From the NCBI RefSeq assembly GCF_009914755.1, contig NC_060946.1: a stretch of DNA of 64,000 bases; one strand, given 5' to 3'. The number at the start of each line of letters is the position of its first letter. Within the stretch, counting starts at the first letter, position 1. Positions 13,409 to 29,769 of the stretch are shown piece after piece. A program made the translations under genes and the position numbers. This DNA is from the human T2T-CHM13v2.0 reference genome, Homo sapiens. A model generated the notes under the pieces. It was given only the letters and a program-made list of their open reading frames with translations. It was not told where the DNA came from and ran no database searches.

Positions 13409-16032
13409 CTGGAAGGACACAGAGGAAAGATCCGTGCCCTGGTTGATTGTGACTGTGAGTCACTCAGGGAGCTTTGCTGGATGTGGTGTATGGAGGTGGT
13501 TGATTAACAAGCATGGACTGAGTTAATGCTGGGCTATTCCCCTGAGTGGAAGAGGGATGGCAGAGGAGGGGAGCAGGAAAGACATGAGACATGGAGGCCT
13601 TGGCCTTGTACTAGAGGCATCATGCAGCAACACAAAACAGTCAACCCCAAATGGAACTAAAGCATACACTAAGGGTCAATGGAAGAGTGCCTTCCTACCT
13701 CTCAAATGTTTTGAAACTCTTCAAAACCAACAGTATTTTCTTAATGTATTCAAGATCGTGTCAGTACACAAGATCGTGTCAGTACACTAGGATCCAATTA
13801 TGCTGGTACTACATTTAGCATCTGTTTTAAAAGATCTATTACTTAATTAAAAGTCTATTTTATTGGTGAAATGGACTCAATTTTACCCAAATTACTCTAT
13901 TAATCACACATTCTTTTTCCTCTTTGTAAGTCTTCTTCTGGAATAATGGTGTGTGCCCACAACCTTTTGGGCCCCTGTAATCAAGGGCTTCATCAGCTCT
14001 GTGTCACTCTCCCTCAGGAGATTCTGTAAAGATCAGGTTTCATTCAAACAGGCCAAGCTCACACAGCCTGCTCTAACTACACCAGTGAATCTGAGAGACG
14101 TGACTCTGAACACTTTCTGCCATGAGGATAAGTTTCCAGGTTCAAATATACATGATCTATGGAAATGAGGAAATGTATACCAATACAAATGAACAAATTC
14201 ATTAAAAAATGTCCATGAGGAAAAGCGTGATTTTTTGGTTAACTAGCTTACATAAATTTTTTTTGTTTGATGCCTATTGTACCAAAAAATATTGGTACAA
14301 GATATCACAAATTTGGCTGGGCATGGTGGCTCATGCCTATAATCCCAGCACTTTTTGGGAGGCTGAGGCGGGCAGATCACGACATCAAAAGATTGAGACC
14401 ATCCCGGCCAACATGGTAAAACCACATCTCTACTAAAAATACAAAAATTATCTAGGCATGGTGGCACATGACTGTAGTCCCAGCTACTCAGGAGGATAAG
14501 GCAGAAAAATCACTTGCACCCAGGAGGCAGAGGTAGAAGTGAGCAGAGATCACATCACTGCACCCCAGTATGGTGACAGAGTGAGACTCCATCTCAAAAA
14601 ACAAAAAAGAAAAGAAAAAAATAGAAATCACAAATTTATATCAGTCTTGTTAAATCTAACTAATCAGCTGTCAACATAAAGATTCTAGAAAGTAAAGAAC
14701 ATACAAATAAGTAGAAAGGCATCCCACATTCATGGATAGGAAGACTGAGCCTGACTAACACACAATACTACACAAATAATCTACAGATTAACAACTGCTA
14801 TCAAACTGGTAACAGCCATGTGTGCAGAAATGGAAAAGATAATCCTCAGACTTTAATGAATTTTCATTTGCCTCAAATAAACTTGGTAATGTTGGAAAAG
14901 AATAGTGTTGGTGGATGCACATTCATGAGATTGAAATCTACAAAAAACAGAAATTCAGACAGCATGCTTCTAGCTTGGGGGCACCCATAAGTATCACAGA
15001 TGTAGAATAGAGAGCCCAGAATTAAATGCACACATACAGAGTCAGCTGATCTTCAATGAAGGTACCAAGAATACACAATGAGGAAAGGAAAGTCTCTTCC
15101 ACAAATGATGGTAAAACTGCATATTCTCAACAGAATGCTGACAGTGTGCTCAAGGTTGTGCTTCTCCCTCCATTTCCAAGACACTGGACCTTTTGCAGTG
15201 AGCCCAGAGTGAATTTTCATTCTGTCCTCCACACTCAGGGAGATGTCTTGATACCAGAGGTAAACAGCAAGCACAGACAAATGAATGTGCTGCCATGAAA
15301 CCTAACAGTTCATAAGGTGAGGATCCATTTCTCCTATGCATCTGGCACACCGCAGAAGAATTCTGTCTCCAGGAGTGAGTAACTGCTTGTGACAGAACTG
15401 TGTCCCAAACCACAGGCTCTGAGATTTTGCAGTGGCACAGGCAGAAAAGAGCAGGTGTTCTCAGAAAAATCATCTTTAAATAATAAAGCAAGAAGAAATG
15501 ATCAAAAACACAGGATACTCAATAGCCCATAAACATAATACTTCTCACCTGATGACATTAAACTCTGAAAATAACAAACTCAGCTTCTATTTACTTTTTC
15601 TTTTTCTGTTTCTACACCCTCCCTCAGCCTCCCAAGCAGCAGGTATAACATGAAGGTTCTTGTAAATGCTGTTTTATTAGACTCCATCTGAAGTATTGTT
15701 ACCTACCTGAAAAAGCATAGTCTTCCCCACTAAAGTTCTCCAGAATCCACTCTTTAGGATTCTGGTATCTTTACCAACATCAGGATAAGTCAGTGAGAGG
15801 TGCACTCACTTCTACTCCAGGTGAAGACACACTGGCTCACACAAAATCTCCTCATTGGTCCTCTGGGTTCACACACATTTCTACATCCTCTCTGCTCATA
15901 ATTATACACTCGCAGAATCATTTGCTCTCACCAGACCCCCAATATTTTTTAACAGGAATCCAGATTAAGGTTTCTATATATTAAAGCTAGCAAGTTTGTT
16001 TCTCAGAAAGTGAGTTAGTTCAAGGTACGTAC

Positions 16033-16054
16033 CCTGGACAGGTGATGGTAAAAT
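16033..16054 (-). CDS. DRICH1: DRICH1 microexon 3, 22 nt: ILPSPVQ
   Basis: CAG|ATTTTACCATCACCTGTCCAGG|GTACGT; phase 0 to 1. Confidence 0.88.
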
Positions 16055-16492
16055 CTGCAATGAGACAAAAGAAGATGCTATGAGGATCAGATCAATTCTG
16101 CTGCACCCCTTACACAGATCAGTTATTCTCTTGATGACTTCAGAAAACTACTTTTGAAACAGTGGTTGAGTCCATGTCAAAGACAAAACACTTTAGCATA
16201 GAGGACATGAGTGAAAAGACAAGAGCTTTTCCCACAGAATTTCTTTGAGGTTGATTTAGGTTGGTAAATGCACAATGCCTAATTTAAAGAGGAAAACTGG
16301 TGTGGAGGAAAATGCCTCTGCATTACAGTTGATGATGGATGCTGTCATTTAAAAACATCCTAGTGTGTCATGTATTAGATGAAAAGAAACTCCCACTGAA
16401 TTCCATCCTCACAAAGACAATTGTGTACGTTGTACATAATGTGTCTTGTTATATTTTTATATCAAAATTAATTGAGAAGGAAAGAAATCAGG

Positions 16493-17084
16493 TGAAGGAA
16501 ATAATGTATACAGTGGTCCATTTTTAACACAAACTGTCTTGAACCAGTGTAGGTCAGCAAAAAAACAGAAGAAATAGGATATGCTGGGCTCCTGCTTGGA
16601 TGGGCAATGCCTGCTTGTTGGGCTCCCTTTCCTCCCCACTTAGTTGCCCTCACTGGAACCAAAGAAGTTTAGTCTAAGTTGAAAGTTTACTAGCCTGCAA
16701 AATAGCTCGCTTTGTCTGTTCTTATCAGCCTGCCCAACTACTTAGGTCATAAGTCAAATACTTGAAGAGACCCTGAGCTGACTAGGATGTCAATGCAGTG
16801 TGGGCTGCAACAAAATGCAGTAAGACAACCATAAAAAAAAATACCTAAAGCCCCTACCCAACAATCGATGTGTGACACCCGGGAAGATTGTGACCTCATA
16901 GTACTCAGCCTATGAGGAACCAGAGGAGTGACCTGCACACTCGGGGATAAATTGCTTGTTGAAACCGTTCTGGGTGTGTCTGCACCCAGATCTTGCAAGA
17001 CCATCATTAAAAGTCTTACTTTTGCTGTTCTGCAGGCCTCTGAGTCCATTCTTTGGGTTTAGATGGGTGAATTTGTTTCTGACA
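16493..17084 (+). mobile_element. Solo LTR, 592 bp (LTR47-like ERVL; family from memory), TSD TCAGG
   Basis: TG...CA termini; TCAGG at 16488-16492 and 17085-17089; paralogous empty site has one TCAGG at about 5320. Confidence 0.85.
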
Positions 17085-17130
17085 TCAGGAAAGCAACATT
17101 TCCTTAGAAGGCAAAGAAAGGGGGTCTTAC

Positions 17131-17198
17131 CTTGGCATCATCATTGTCTTCCTCACTTGATGGCAGAAATTTTAAACTCAGGCGGTCCTCAGGGGGAC
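17131..17198 (-). CDS. DRICH1: DRICH1 exon 2, 68 nt: (G)PPEDRLSLKFLPSSEEDNDDAK
   Basis: AG at 17200-17199, GTAAG donor at 17130; phase 1 to 0; open frame. Confidence 0.9.
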
Positions 17199-18219
17199 CT
17201 AAAAGGACACAGAGTTAATGTCAGTGCCCTGGTGGTTGGAGACTGGGAGTCCCTCAGGGAGCTTTGCTGGATGCGGCACATGGAGCGTGGGACTGAAGGT
17301 TCGGAGACCATCTCAGAGAAACAACTGTGTTCAAGTAGTGAGCATGAGGGAGTCTCACCAGATACCTTGCATCTTAGCCAGTGCCCAGACCTAATAAGAC
17401 TCTTGCATTCCGAAGTCCCAGAAGATATTAACCAATCAAAAATCAGGGCTTTGATGTTTGCTGTGACATAGGAAAAACTGGTCTTCTGGGAAAGGTAATC
17501 ATTAAATATCAGAGCAAGAAAAAAAATGGTTACAAACACAGCACACAAAGCCCATGGATACAAATTGTCTCATATCTATCTTATTAAAATTCCAAAGGAA
17601 CAAGTCAGACTTCTACACATATTTCCTTTGGTTCTGACTTCATTGCCCTTTTCCTAGGTTCCAAAGCAACAGGTGTCACTCAACTGCTCCCCAGAGATCC
17701 TCCTAGAGTATCATTCTCTAGCTGCAGATCTGCCTCATTGCAGCTGCCCTCATGGATGGTGTCCATTGGCCAATCATTAAGAGACAAAAACTCTGCAAGA
17801 AGTTATTCCAGAGAGCAACTCGCCCAGCCTCCTACTGCAGGTGAGGCCACACTGGGTTGCACAAGATTGCTCTGCACTTTCCTAGGTGTTGTCAGACTCT
17901 CCCTGGTCTCTGTGGAGTCAGAGGTCTCTAAAAAGGCATTGCTCACACTTGCCAGCCTTTGAGTGAGAAAGAGGAACTGAAGGAACCACCTTTTAACTTT
18001 TTCCTTCCACTGGCCCATTACAGGTCTCACCTCCAATCTCACAGCCCTGAGATTCCCACTTTGATGTGCACGCTTTGAGTTACAGGAGTTCAACAATTGG
18101 TCCCTCAGCCAGGCTCACAGCAGATGTGAAAGAGCATTCTGCGGGGATGTAAATCTCTCCACTTCATTAACATAAGGCTGATGGGCCATTGCACGGTGGC
18201 TGTTGTGATGAGGTTCTGA

Positions 18220-18520
<301 letters not shown>

Positions 18521-20135
18521 TGAACTTTTAATTGTAAATAGTTAAATGTATTTAAATATGAGGAGGCACAGATATGACTGAGAACCTCACTAGATGGCAC
18601 AGGAGATCCAGACATGAGGAAGACATGACTCCCCTCCCCTGGTGTTTTCTTGCAAAATAGTTTGCAGCTCTGCTCCTACCATATGTTTATGGTTACTTCC
18701 TGGGCATCTACACAAGGGCCAGTCACTGTGTGGGGCTGGGGATATGACAACAATGAGAACAACATCCAGGTCCAGAGGGATTCCAGCAGGGGGTGCACGT
18801 GCACACAGGGGAAGAGCGTGGCCCTGCACAGCCTGTCTAGACAGGATCAGAGCAGCAGGAGCCAAGGGGCAGGGGCACCTCACTGTCCTCAGGAGCTCAA
18901 CTTCATCTCCAGGGACCCTGACTCAGAAACTGGGGCAGCCTCCAGGATTGGTGTAGGGCTCAACAGGCTGGACAGGCTGAGAAGGGAACATTTCCACAAC
19001 TAAGCTAGATCCCACCCCAGAGGCGACCTAGAACTCATCCCAGGGATGTGTTCATTACAATGCCCATGGGGCCTAACATGTTCTCCCCAGGACTGAGCTC
19101 TGGGATAAGGACTAATGAGGAAGACACAGTCACTGCCCTGGCAGGAAACACCCATAGCCAGGGCCCCTCTACCCACCCTGTGGGAAGACACAACACAGAT
19201 AGAGTTTGACACTGAAGATTCCAAACCTTCTATAAAATAAGTGGAAACTGATGTGTGCTGGATTCCACAGAAGAGTTGCAAGGATGAGCTGGACTCTGGA
19301 ATCAGTCCCCATCCCTCTGCTGAGCTCATGGTGCACTGGAACTTGTGTCCCTCCCCACCTCCCCTGCTACTCAGGAGTGCTGCAGCTACAGGCTCAGTGC
19401 TAGGGGGCTCTGTCCAGTTGATACACACGTCAGCCAGGCACAGTGGCTCACGCCTGTAATCCTAGAACTTTGGGAGGCCGAGGTGGGTGGATCACTTGAT
19501 GTCAGGAGTTTGAGACCAGCCTGGCCAACATGGAGAAACCCTGTCTCTGCTACAAATATAAAAATTAGTTGGGTGCGGTGGCACATGCCTGTAATTCCAG
19601 CTACTCAGCAGGCTGAGGCAGCAGAATCAGTTGAACTTGGGAGGTGGACGTTGCAGTGAGCTGAGATTGCACAACTGCACTACTCCAGCCTGGGAACAGA
19701 GTGAGACTCCACCTCAAAAAACAGACAAACAAAAACACATTTCTGAGCCAGACAACCCTTGGCAAATAGTGTCTCCTCAAGGCCATTCCTCAAGTGACTT
19801 CCATAAGAGGTGAAAAAGAAAAAGTCATCTGTCCCAGCCCCAGGAAGATCAGGCCTGGGACCTGTCTGTGTCTGTCCTGACCCTGAAGTCCATCCCTGCT
19901 GACTTGTGTCCTGTCTGCTCTGTGTCAGAGAAGTGGGGACCTGATTCCTGCTCTGCCCCCCCACCAATTTCTGCCAGTGTCAACGGTCATCATCGCACAA
20001 AGAGATGGAGAAGACAAGAGAAAGCAATGAAACTCCATTCTTGAGGCATTTAGGATGATGTCCATGCCATGCTCTCGGCAGACAGGAAGGCCAGGTCCTG
20101 TTCACTCCTACTCAGAAGGGGTCTCAGATATATGA

Positions 20136-20525
<390 letters not shown>

Positions 20526-20578
20526 TGAGTCAGTGGCTGCTCATGCTCACACCAGCCCCCGACAGTGGGACAGTCCAT

Positions 20579-20624
20579 CATGGGGATCAGTACATGGGGA
20601 TCAGTACATGGGGATCAGTACATG
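20579..20624. repeat. Minisatellite (CATGGGGATCAGTA)x3.3
   Basis: Three perfect 14-bp copies plus CATG. Confidence 0.95.
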
Positions 20625-20714
20625 AGTGTTGAGCCTCACTAACCTACTGGTGCAAGAGGTCTCCAATGAGGGTGATCGGCACCAGGCTAATAATAATATT
20701 GTCCTGAGTTCTGA

Positions 20715-21047
<333 letters not shown>

Positions 21048-22079
21048 TGAGCCACCGTGCCCGGCCATGGATTGGAGCATTTCTAAGGCTTGAGGTACTC
21101 ATGCTACTAAATACAATGCAATATCTTCCTGATCCTTCCCTGCTTTGACCAAGTGCTGAGGAATGACCCCAGCACTGACAGATGTTGACCTGCACTGTTC
21201 CATGTGATCCCTTACACTTCTCAGAATCTGTGAGCTGACCAGAAGCCTGTGAGCTTTCTATGTGTATTTCACAGTAATGCCCATGCCAACGTCTATTGTT
21301 CCGTGTACCTTTTGCTACCCAGAGTTATGTGACCACTGGGGCCCCATCTGATGGTGGGCAATGTTTGGCACGCTTATAGGCCATCCACTACCACTACCAG
21401 GGGCACGCATAGGTGCTGGAACTCCCTGGTGTGGGGTCATATATCACGGTGGAGTGATGACACGGTTGAGTAATGCAGACCATCAACATCGGGACCCATT
21501 TCTGGGTTCACTTTTGCCTCTTCCATTCAGGAGGTCAAAATCTGGGTTCATTCCTTTCCACACTCTCTCTCTCTAAGAAGTAGGGATATTAAACTGACCT
21601 TCAGGTACACTGTGTTGAGTGAAAAAGAGGTCATTTATGTAAAGTGTATGGTGGTGCTGAAGTTTTTCTTCCTTTTTATTAGAAGAATGACATGACTTGG
21701 GAGGCTGAGGTGAGAGGACCACCATAGGCCAGGAATTCAAGAAAACTGACACTTGCACTTGTGCTGGGCATGCGGGTCCACATTTTTGGGGGAAAACACA
21801 CATTTACAAACACTACACATTAATTCACCCCTGGCTATCTCCCAACCCTCATGCACACAAACCCACATCATCTAAATGACACGGCTGTTTCCAGGGACTC
21901 TAGTGGATGATGACAGTTCTTCACTGAGCCATCTGTTTCTCACACTGCACTCCAGGTCCTCACTCCTATCAGGAACCTGAAGCCAGGCAGGCTCTCCAGA
22001 CAGAAGCAGGGAAGAGAGTCCCCTGCGAACCATCACTTAGATTTGTCATCAGCAAAGGAGTGGTCTTAGAATACGTACG

Positions 22080-22278
22080 GTGTTAGACAGGGAATGATAC
22101 ACACTGGGGCCTGTCAGGGGGCAGGGGAAGGGAGAGAATATGGATAAACAGTTAATGCATGCAGGGCTTCATACCTAGGTGATGGGTTGACAGGTGCAGC
22201 AAACCACCATGGCACACTTTTACCTACGTAACAAACCTGTACATCCTGCACATGTACCTCGGAACTTAAAAAAAATTA
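22080..22278 (+). mobile_element. 5'-truncated L1PA 3'-end fragment followed by an Alu (22287-22598)
   Basis: GGTGCAGCAAACCACCATGGCAC...AACAAACCTGTACATCCTGCACATGTACC L1 3'UTR signature. Confidence 0.8.
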
Positions 22279-22960
22279 AATTAGGAGCCGGGCGCGATGC
22301 CTCATGCCTGTAATCACAGCACTTTGGGAGGCCGAGGCGGGCAGATCACCAGGTCAGGAGATCGAGACCATTCTGGCTAACACAGTGAAATCCCGTCTCT
22401 ACTAAAAATACAAAAAATTAGCCGGGCGTGGTAGTGGGCACCTGTAGTCCCTACTCAGGAGGCTGATGCTAGAGAATCGCTTGAACCCAGGAGGCAGAGG
22501 TTGCAGTGAGCTGAGATCCCGCCACTGCACTCCAGCCTGGGCAACAGAGCAAGACTCCATCTAAAATAAATAAATAAATAAATAAATAATAAATAAAATT
22601 TACAAAAAATAAGCTACCTTAAGAGATGGAAGAAAAACAATCTGACCCTTAGCTGGTTCCTTCATTTAGGTACCAAACCGGTCAGATAGGTGAGGCTAGA
22701 GAATGGGATGGGGACTCCAAAATTGGGGTATTTGAATTTTCATTGAGAAAAGGGCTCTCCCTTTTCTAGATCAAAAAGTCTCAACGACAAAGACAGGAGG
22801 CAGAGCCAGCCTTTGTCTCCCATGCCCCAGACCTGGGAAAGCTGGCTATGGGCAGGAGGGAGCTGGAAGTTGAGGATGTCTCTGGGGATGAGGGTAAGGG
22901 AAGGGGGTGGGGGTGGCCAGAGGTGTGCCAGAGGGTAAACGGCACCCGTGGCTTTTTTAC

Positions 22961-23168
22961 CTGTGGGCATCTTTTGGTTGCTGATGTGCTGCAGGTCTTG
23001 GCCCTCCGTGGCTCCCACATCCAGCTTGCCAGGCTCTACAGTAGTGGATTCTGATGTTGCAGCAGCCACAGTCTCATAAATATCAGTATCAGATTCATAA
23101 CAGGGTGCGTCCTTCCCCCTGGGCCAGCCACAGTGGGAGTTGATACAACAGGTCAGTGTATTCCCCAT
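22961..23168 (-). CDS. DRICH1: DRICH1 (C22orf43) coding exon 1, 208 nt: MGNTLTCC...LQHISNQKMPT, ends phase 1
   Basis: ATG at 23168; GT donor (GTAAAA) at 22960-22959; peptide recognised as the DRICH1 N-terminus; phase joins exon 2 in frame. Confidence 0.93.
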
Positions 23169-23522
23169 GGGGCCTCTCCATGCCTCTCCACTCCTGCCTC
23201 AGCCTTCAGCGAAATTGTAACTGTGCTGCCCTAGCAGCCACACTACTGAGGGTGGCCCTGCACTTTTAGAAGCAGCCTGACCCCAGGCAGATCTGGGTCC
23301 TCAGCCCTTATTCTGCCGTCACCTCCCAAACTAGCTGGTCTATGAGGTCAGGGACCTGCTGTCTTCTTTGAAAAATAAACGAACATGACAAGCACCCAAA
23401 GGTGCAAAAACTGCCATCAAAGAGCACAGTTGGAGCTCCTCCTCCCTCCACTGCGAGCTACTGACTGAGGGCTGCTGGCCCTGGCTGATGCTTATAACCC
23501 ACAAAGCTTCCTATGTCACCTG

Positions 23523-23558
23523 GTTACCAGGAAACAGCCAGGTCAGGCTAGTGACTCA
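23523..23558. promoter_or_regulatory. Candidate DRICH1 promoter motifs: RFX X-box-like GTTACCAGGAAAC and AP-1-like TGACTCA
   Basis: Motif match only, about 355-390 bp upstream of the ATG. Confidence 0.35.
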
Positions 23559-24320
23559 CAATGTCCAGCCCCACAGCCCCCCCCAATGCCTCATAATGCC
23601 TGTCCCTGCTGCTGCCCACCTTGTGGCCCCCCTGCCCCTCTGTGGGGACTGCACTACTCAGGCTTTTATTCACCCTATGCTGCCTGAGCTTTCCAGTCCT
23701 GAGCTAAGTGCAGGGGGAGTTGTTATTGCGAGTCACCCTTGGCAAGAAACTCAATAGAAAACCCTGGTATGGCCGGGAGTGGTGGCTCACGCCTGTAATC
23801 CTAGCACTTTGGGAGGCTGAGGGTGGGGGGGTGGATCACTTGAGGTCAGGAGTTCAAGACCAGCCTGGCCAACATGGTGAAAACTTGTCTCTACTAAAAA
23901 TACAAAATATTAGCTCGGCCTGGTGGCGGGCACCTGCAATCCTAGCTACTCAGGAGGCTGAGGCAGGAGAATCGCTTGAATCCAGGAGGCGGAGGTTGCA
24001 CAGTGAGCCAAGATCACACCATTGCACTCCAGCCTGGGTGACAAAGGTGCAACTGTCTTTAAAAAAAAAAAAAAAAAGAAACAAAAGAAAGAAAACCCCA
24101 GTTACTAAAGTCAGTTCCACCAGCAGTTCTGTTTTTCTGAGTCTGACAGCTTTCATTTGCTCACCAAATGTAGTTATACACAAATTTTTTACTGCTTTTC
24201 TAATTAAATGCTTCTCTCCTGTCTTACAAGTGTTAGTTCTTGTCTGCAACTTGACCATAGCTACCCCCAGGGCCCTGGTCCCACTCTCAATAGAGAGTTA
24301 TGGCTGTGTATCCTCAGTGA

Positions 24321-24596
<276 letters not shown>

Positions 24597-24657
24597 TGAG
24601 TAGCCTGGACTACAGGCACACGCCACCGCATCTGGCTAATTTTTGTATTTCTAGTAG

Positions 24658-24900
<243 letters not shown>

Positions 24901-25276
24901 TGACAGTGTTCCAACTGTGGCATACTAATTTAACCCTCAGAAATAGTCCCATTTTACACATCTTACAGCGTAAATCTAGAGGGAAAAGTCAAGTAACTTC
25001 CCCAAGGTCCCACAACTGCTCAGTGAGTTCAGGCAGATGAGCAAACAAAGGCTTAGAGTTCAGTTGTCTGAGGCTACACTGCAAAACAGTGGATGAACCT
25101 GGAATACAAAGGCTCATTCACTGTCCAGCAGTAGAGTTGAAGTAGAGTTTAAGTTTTATTCTGGAAACATGAGAGTCACGGAACCACACAGAGGTGAGGA
25201 GTCTCTATCAGATGTGTTTGCAGTGAGGTCTCTCTGCACAATAGAGAAGGACTCATGGAACCAGTGGGACCAATTA

Positions 25277-25660
<384 letters not shown>

Positions 25661-25886
25661 TTAGATGTGGAAGAACAGGGGAAGGAAAAGGAAAAACAGG
25701 CTGCTAAGGCTCTAGTTTGAAGGACTGGGTAAATAGCAGTGAATTTCTCCTACAAAGACAATGTAGGAAGAGGAATAGGTATGGGGAATAAGATAGTTTT
25801 CGGCTGGGTGCAATGACTCACGCCTGTAATCCCAGCACTTTGGAAGGCCGAGCTGGGTGGATTATGAGGTCAGGAGTTCGAGATCA

Positions 25887-26177
<291 letters not shown>

Positions 26178-26302
26178 CTAAGTCCATTCTGTGACATCAC
26201 AACTCATGTTTTAAAAAATACACCCACAAAGTCAAACCATTTAGGAAATTTCCTAAAATTTACATACTCAAATATGACAACTTTTTAGTTATTACTTTCT
26301 TA

Positions 26303-26932
<630 letters not shown>

Positions 26933-27707
26933 TCATTTCTCTAATGGCCACACCTAGCACAGTACCTGGTCAATAGGGACTCAATACCTAATACCCCAAA
27001 GAACACAGTAAAATTCTGCCAGTTCAAACACACGTCCATACCCACCAACTTCCCTCGTGGAGTTTTACTTCTTTCACTTACTGTAATGTTTTGAAGATCA
27101 TCCCTCCTGTGACCTGTATCCATAGTTTCTTTTCCTTGTGTAACTGAGCAGTACTCCACTGTATGCACAGACCACATGGGTCTATCCATTCTCTAGCTGA
27201 CGGACACTTGGGTTGTTTCCAGTTGCTGCCTATAGTGAATGAGGCTGCTGAGAACATTTATGTACACGTCTTTTTGGAACACATGCTTTCATTTCTTCTA
27301 GATAAATTCCTAGGGCTAGAATTGCTAGGTCAAATGGCTAGTTTATGCTTAACTTCTTTTTTTTTGCCTTTCTTATTCATAGAAATTACACTGATACATA
27401 ATATTGGACATTTCTATGAGGTGCATGTGCTGTTTGGTTCCGTGCATCCACCATGTCATCATCAAGTCAGGATATTTGGGGTATGGCCTTGAGTATTTAT
27501 CATTTCTATGTGTTGAGTATATTTCAGTTCTCTCTTGTAGCTATTTTGAAATATACAATACATTATTGCTAACCATAGTCACCCTACTCTGCTATCCAAC
27601 ATTAGAACACATTCCTTGCATCTAACTGTAAGTGTATATTCATTGACCAACCTCTCTGCATTCCCTTCTTATACCCAGAGAAGGAGAGAGGAAGGAGGGA
27701 AAGGAGC

Positions 27708-28260
27708 TGTGGTTGGGCTGAATTAGGGCCCAGGGACGGCTGTGTCCCAGTCCCGGGACCTGTCCATGTGCTGTGTTGTGTGGCCTCAGGGACTTTACAG
27801 ATGTGATGATGTCAAGGGGCCTGAGGTGGAAGATGATCCTGGGTTATGTGGGTGGGTCCAAGGTGGGGTCTTTATAAGGGAAAGGAGGAGGCAGGAGGGT
27901 CAGAGTGACAGCAGGTGTGGGGCTGGAGGACAAGAAAGGGAGAGAAGGAGGGAGGGTGAGAGAAGACAGTTGGCAGGGAGAGAGAGAGAGAGAGAGAAGA
28001 GTGGGAGAGAGATTTGAAGATGCTGAGCTCTGGCTTTGAAGTTGGAAGAAGGGGCCAGGAGCCCAGGGCGTCCTCTAGAAGCTGGAAAAATCCTGGAAAT
28101 GGATTCTCCCCAGAGCCCTCAGAAGGAGCCTGGCCCAGCTGGCACCCTGATTTTAGCACTCTACGATTCATTTTGGACGGCTAACCTCCAGACCAGGGAG
28201 AGAACCAATGTGTGATGTTTTAGGGGTCATTTGTGACAGCAGCCACAGGAAAGTCAAACA
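27708..28260 (+). mobile_element. MLT1-type MaLR LTR with an internal GA-rich tract
   Basis: GGGACTTTACAGATGTGAT...GGATTCTCCCCAGAGCC...TTTGTGACAGCAGCCACAGGAAAG..ACA signature. Confidence 0.7.
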
Positions 28261-28843
28261 GGAGCCATGGGAGAGACTCCCTAGGATGCACCGAGGGTCC
28301 TTCCCTGGCCCCACCCACAGAAACACAGGCCTGACCACTGCTAGTGCCCCCACCCCTCTAACACCCTGATGAGCAGGAACCATGCAGGAGGGGCTGGGTG
28401 TGGCTGGGCCCTGTTCTCTCCCCCGACACCTTCTCAGAGAGGAGCTGGAGCCCCAGACCCTGGGAGCCTCACAGATATTCCCAACACAGGACCTGGTTTT
28501 CCATTTCCCAAAATGATGCTTCCTCCAAAGATGGCCAGTGACTCTCTGTGCCAAGCATCTGAGAAACTCTCCAGGTCCTAGGGCTGCCAGGCAGTCAGCT
28601 GTGCACATGTTGGAGCCCAAATCCCATCAATAGTGAGGCCCTGGGTAAAACACATCCCCACTTTTAATTATGAGGAGATGCCTGGCCTCAGCATTGAGAA
28701 CACCAACTTCCCTCAAGTGAAAACTTATTTAATCTCTTGGAAATGATGGAGCACACCAGCCTGAACAACATGGTGAAACCCTGTCTGTAATAAAAACACA
28801 AAAATTAGCCGGACATTGCAGCATCTACCTGTAATCCCGGCTA

Positions 28844-28981
<138 letters not shown>

Positions 28982-29651
28982 CTATTACCCTTCTTGCACT
29001 GGTTCCTGGGGAGCTCAGAGCCTATCTTTTGCAAGTGTCCTGATCCTCTTGCAGGCCTTTCATGTGTGTTTTCTTTCTGGCTTCCTCCTGTTTTTCTCAC
29101 ACTTCTGAACCTGCTGTCACGTGAAGAATCAAGGTGGGCCCAAAATGTAAGAGCTCATGGATTTGATGGTGTTGGAGTGTCCTGGACAGTCCAGCTCTCG
29201 GGGTGGGGAGTTGCGCAGAGAGGAAGGAGGGCATTCCAGGGGCCAGGGCCAGAAGCAGAGGGACTCCAGGCCCAGAGTAGGATTTCCAGGCTGAGGAAAG
29301 AGAGGCCGTGGGTGGGTAGAGGGTCCAGACCAGGACAGGGACACAGGGTGTATCTGGAGGCTCAGCCAGAAATAGCTCCCTACAGAAAGCAGGCAGCGAG
29401 TTGGGGGTTGAGCTGCAAGGAGGAAGGGGAGGAGGGAGAGAATGGAGGGACTGGTGTCCAGTGAGCTGACTCCTATCCTGGCCTATTTCCCCAGGGGACA
29501 CCCCTGGGAGACTGTGATCCTCTCCTCCAGGCTACTTTCCCACTGGTGCCAGGATTCCCCCAGTGCCACACTGAGAACCCAGGAGAAGCATTAGATTATA
29601 TGAGAGATAAGAAATGAAGAGAGGGAGCAGGATTTCTGGCTGACAAAGATA

Positions 29652-29657
29652 TTTATT
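29652..29657 (-). terminator. AATAAA polyadenylation signal of the IGLL-like exon 3
   Basis: Plus-strand TTTATT about 115 nt past the C-lambda stop. Confidence 0.8.
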
Positions 29658-29769
29658 GAGGGTTTACTGGGTACAGCGAGAAGGGCTGAATGGCTTGGGA
29701 TGCAGAGAGAGACGCCTCCCCTGGGATCCTGCAGCTCCAGGCCCCTGTGGGTGGGGTGGGGGCTGGAAC

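Noticed and set aside
18642-19003. Overlapping 100-117 aa ORFs in DRICH1 intron 1
   Set aside because: No recognisable family, splice pattern or supporting signal
20050-20075. ATGGCATGGACA (MAWT), like a V-lambda leader
   Set aside because: Stop after six codons; no hydrophobic core, V exon or RSS found
20579-20624. Short direct repeats as CRISPR-like (also the 18-bp duplication at 13752-13787)
   Set aside because: Head-to-tail with no spacers, in human DNA; ordinary slippage repeats
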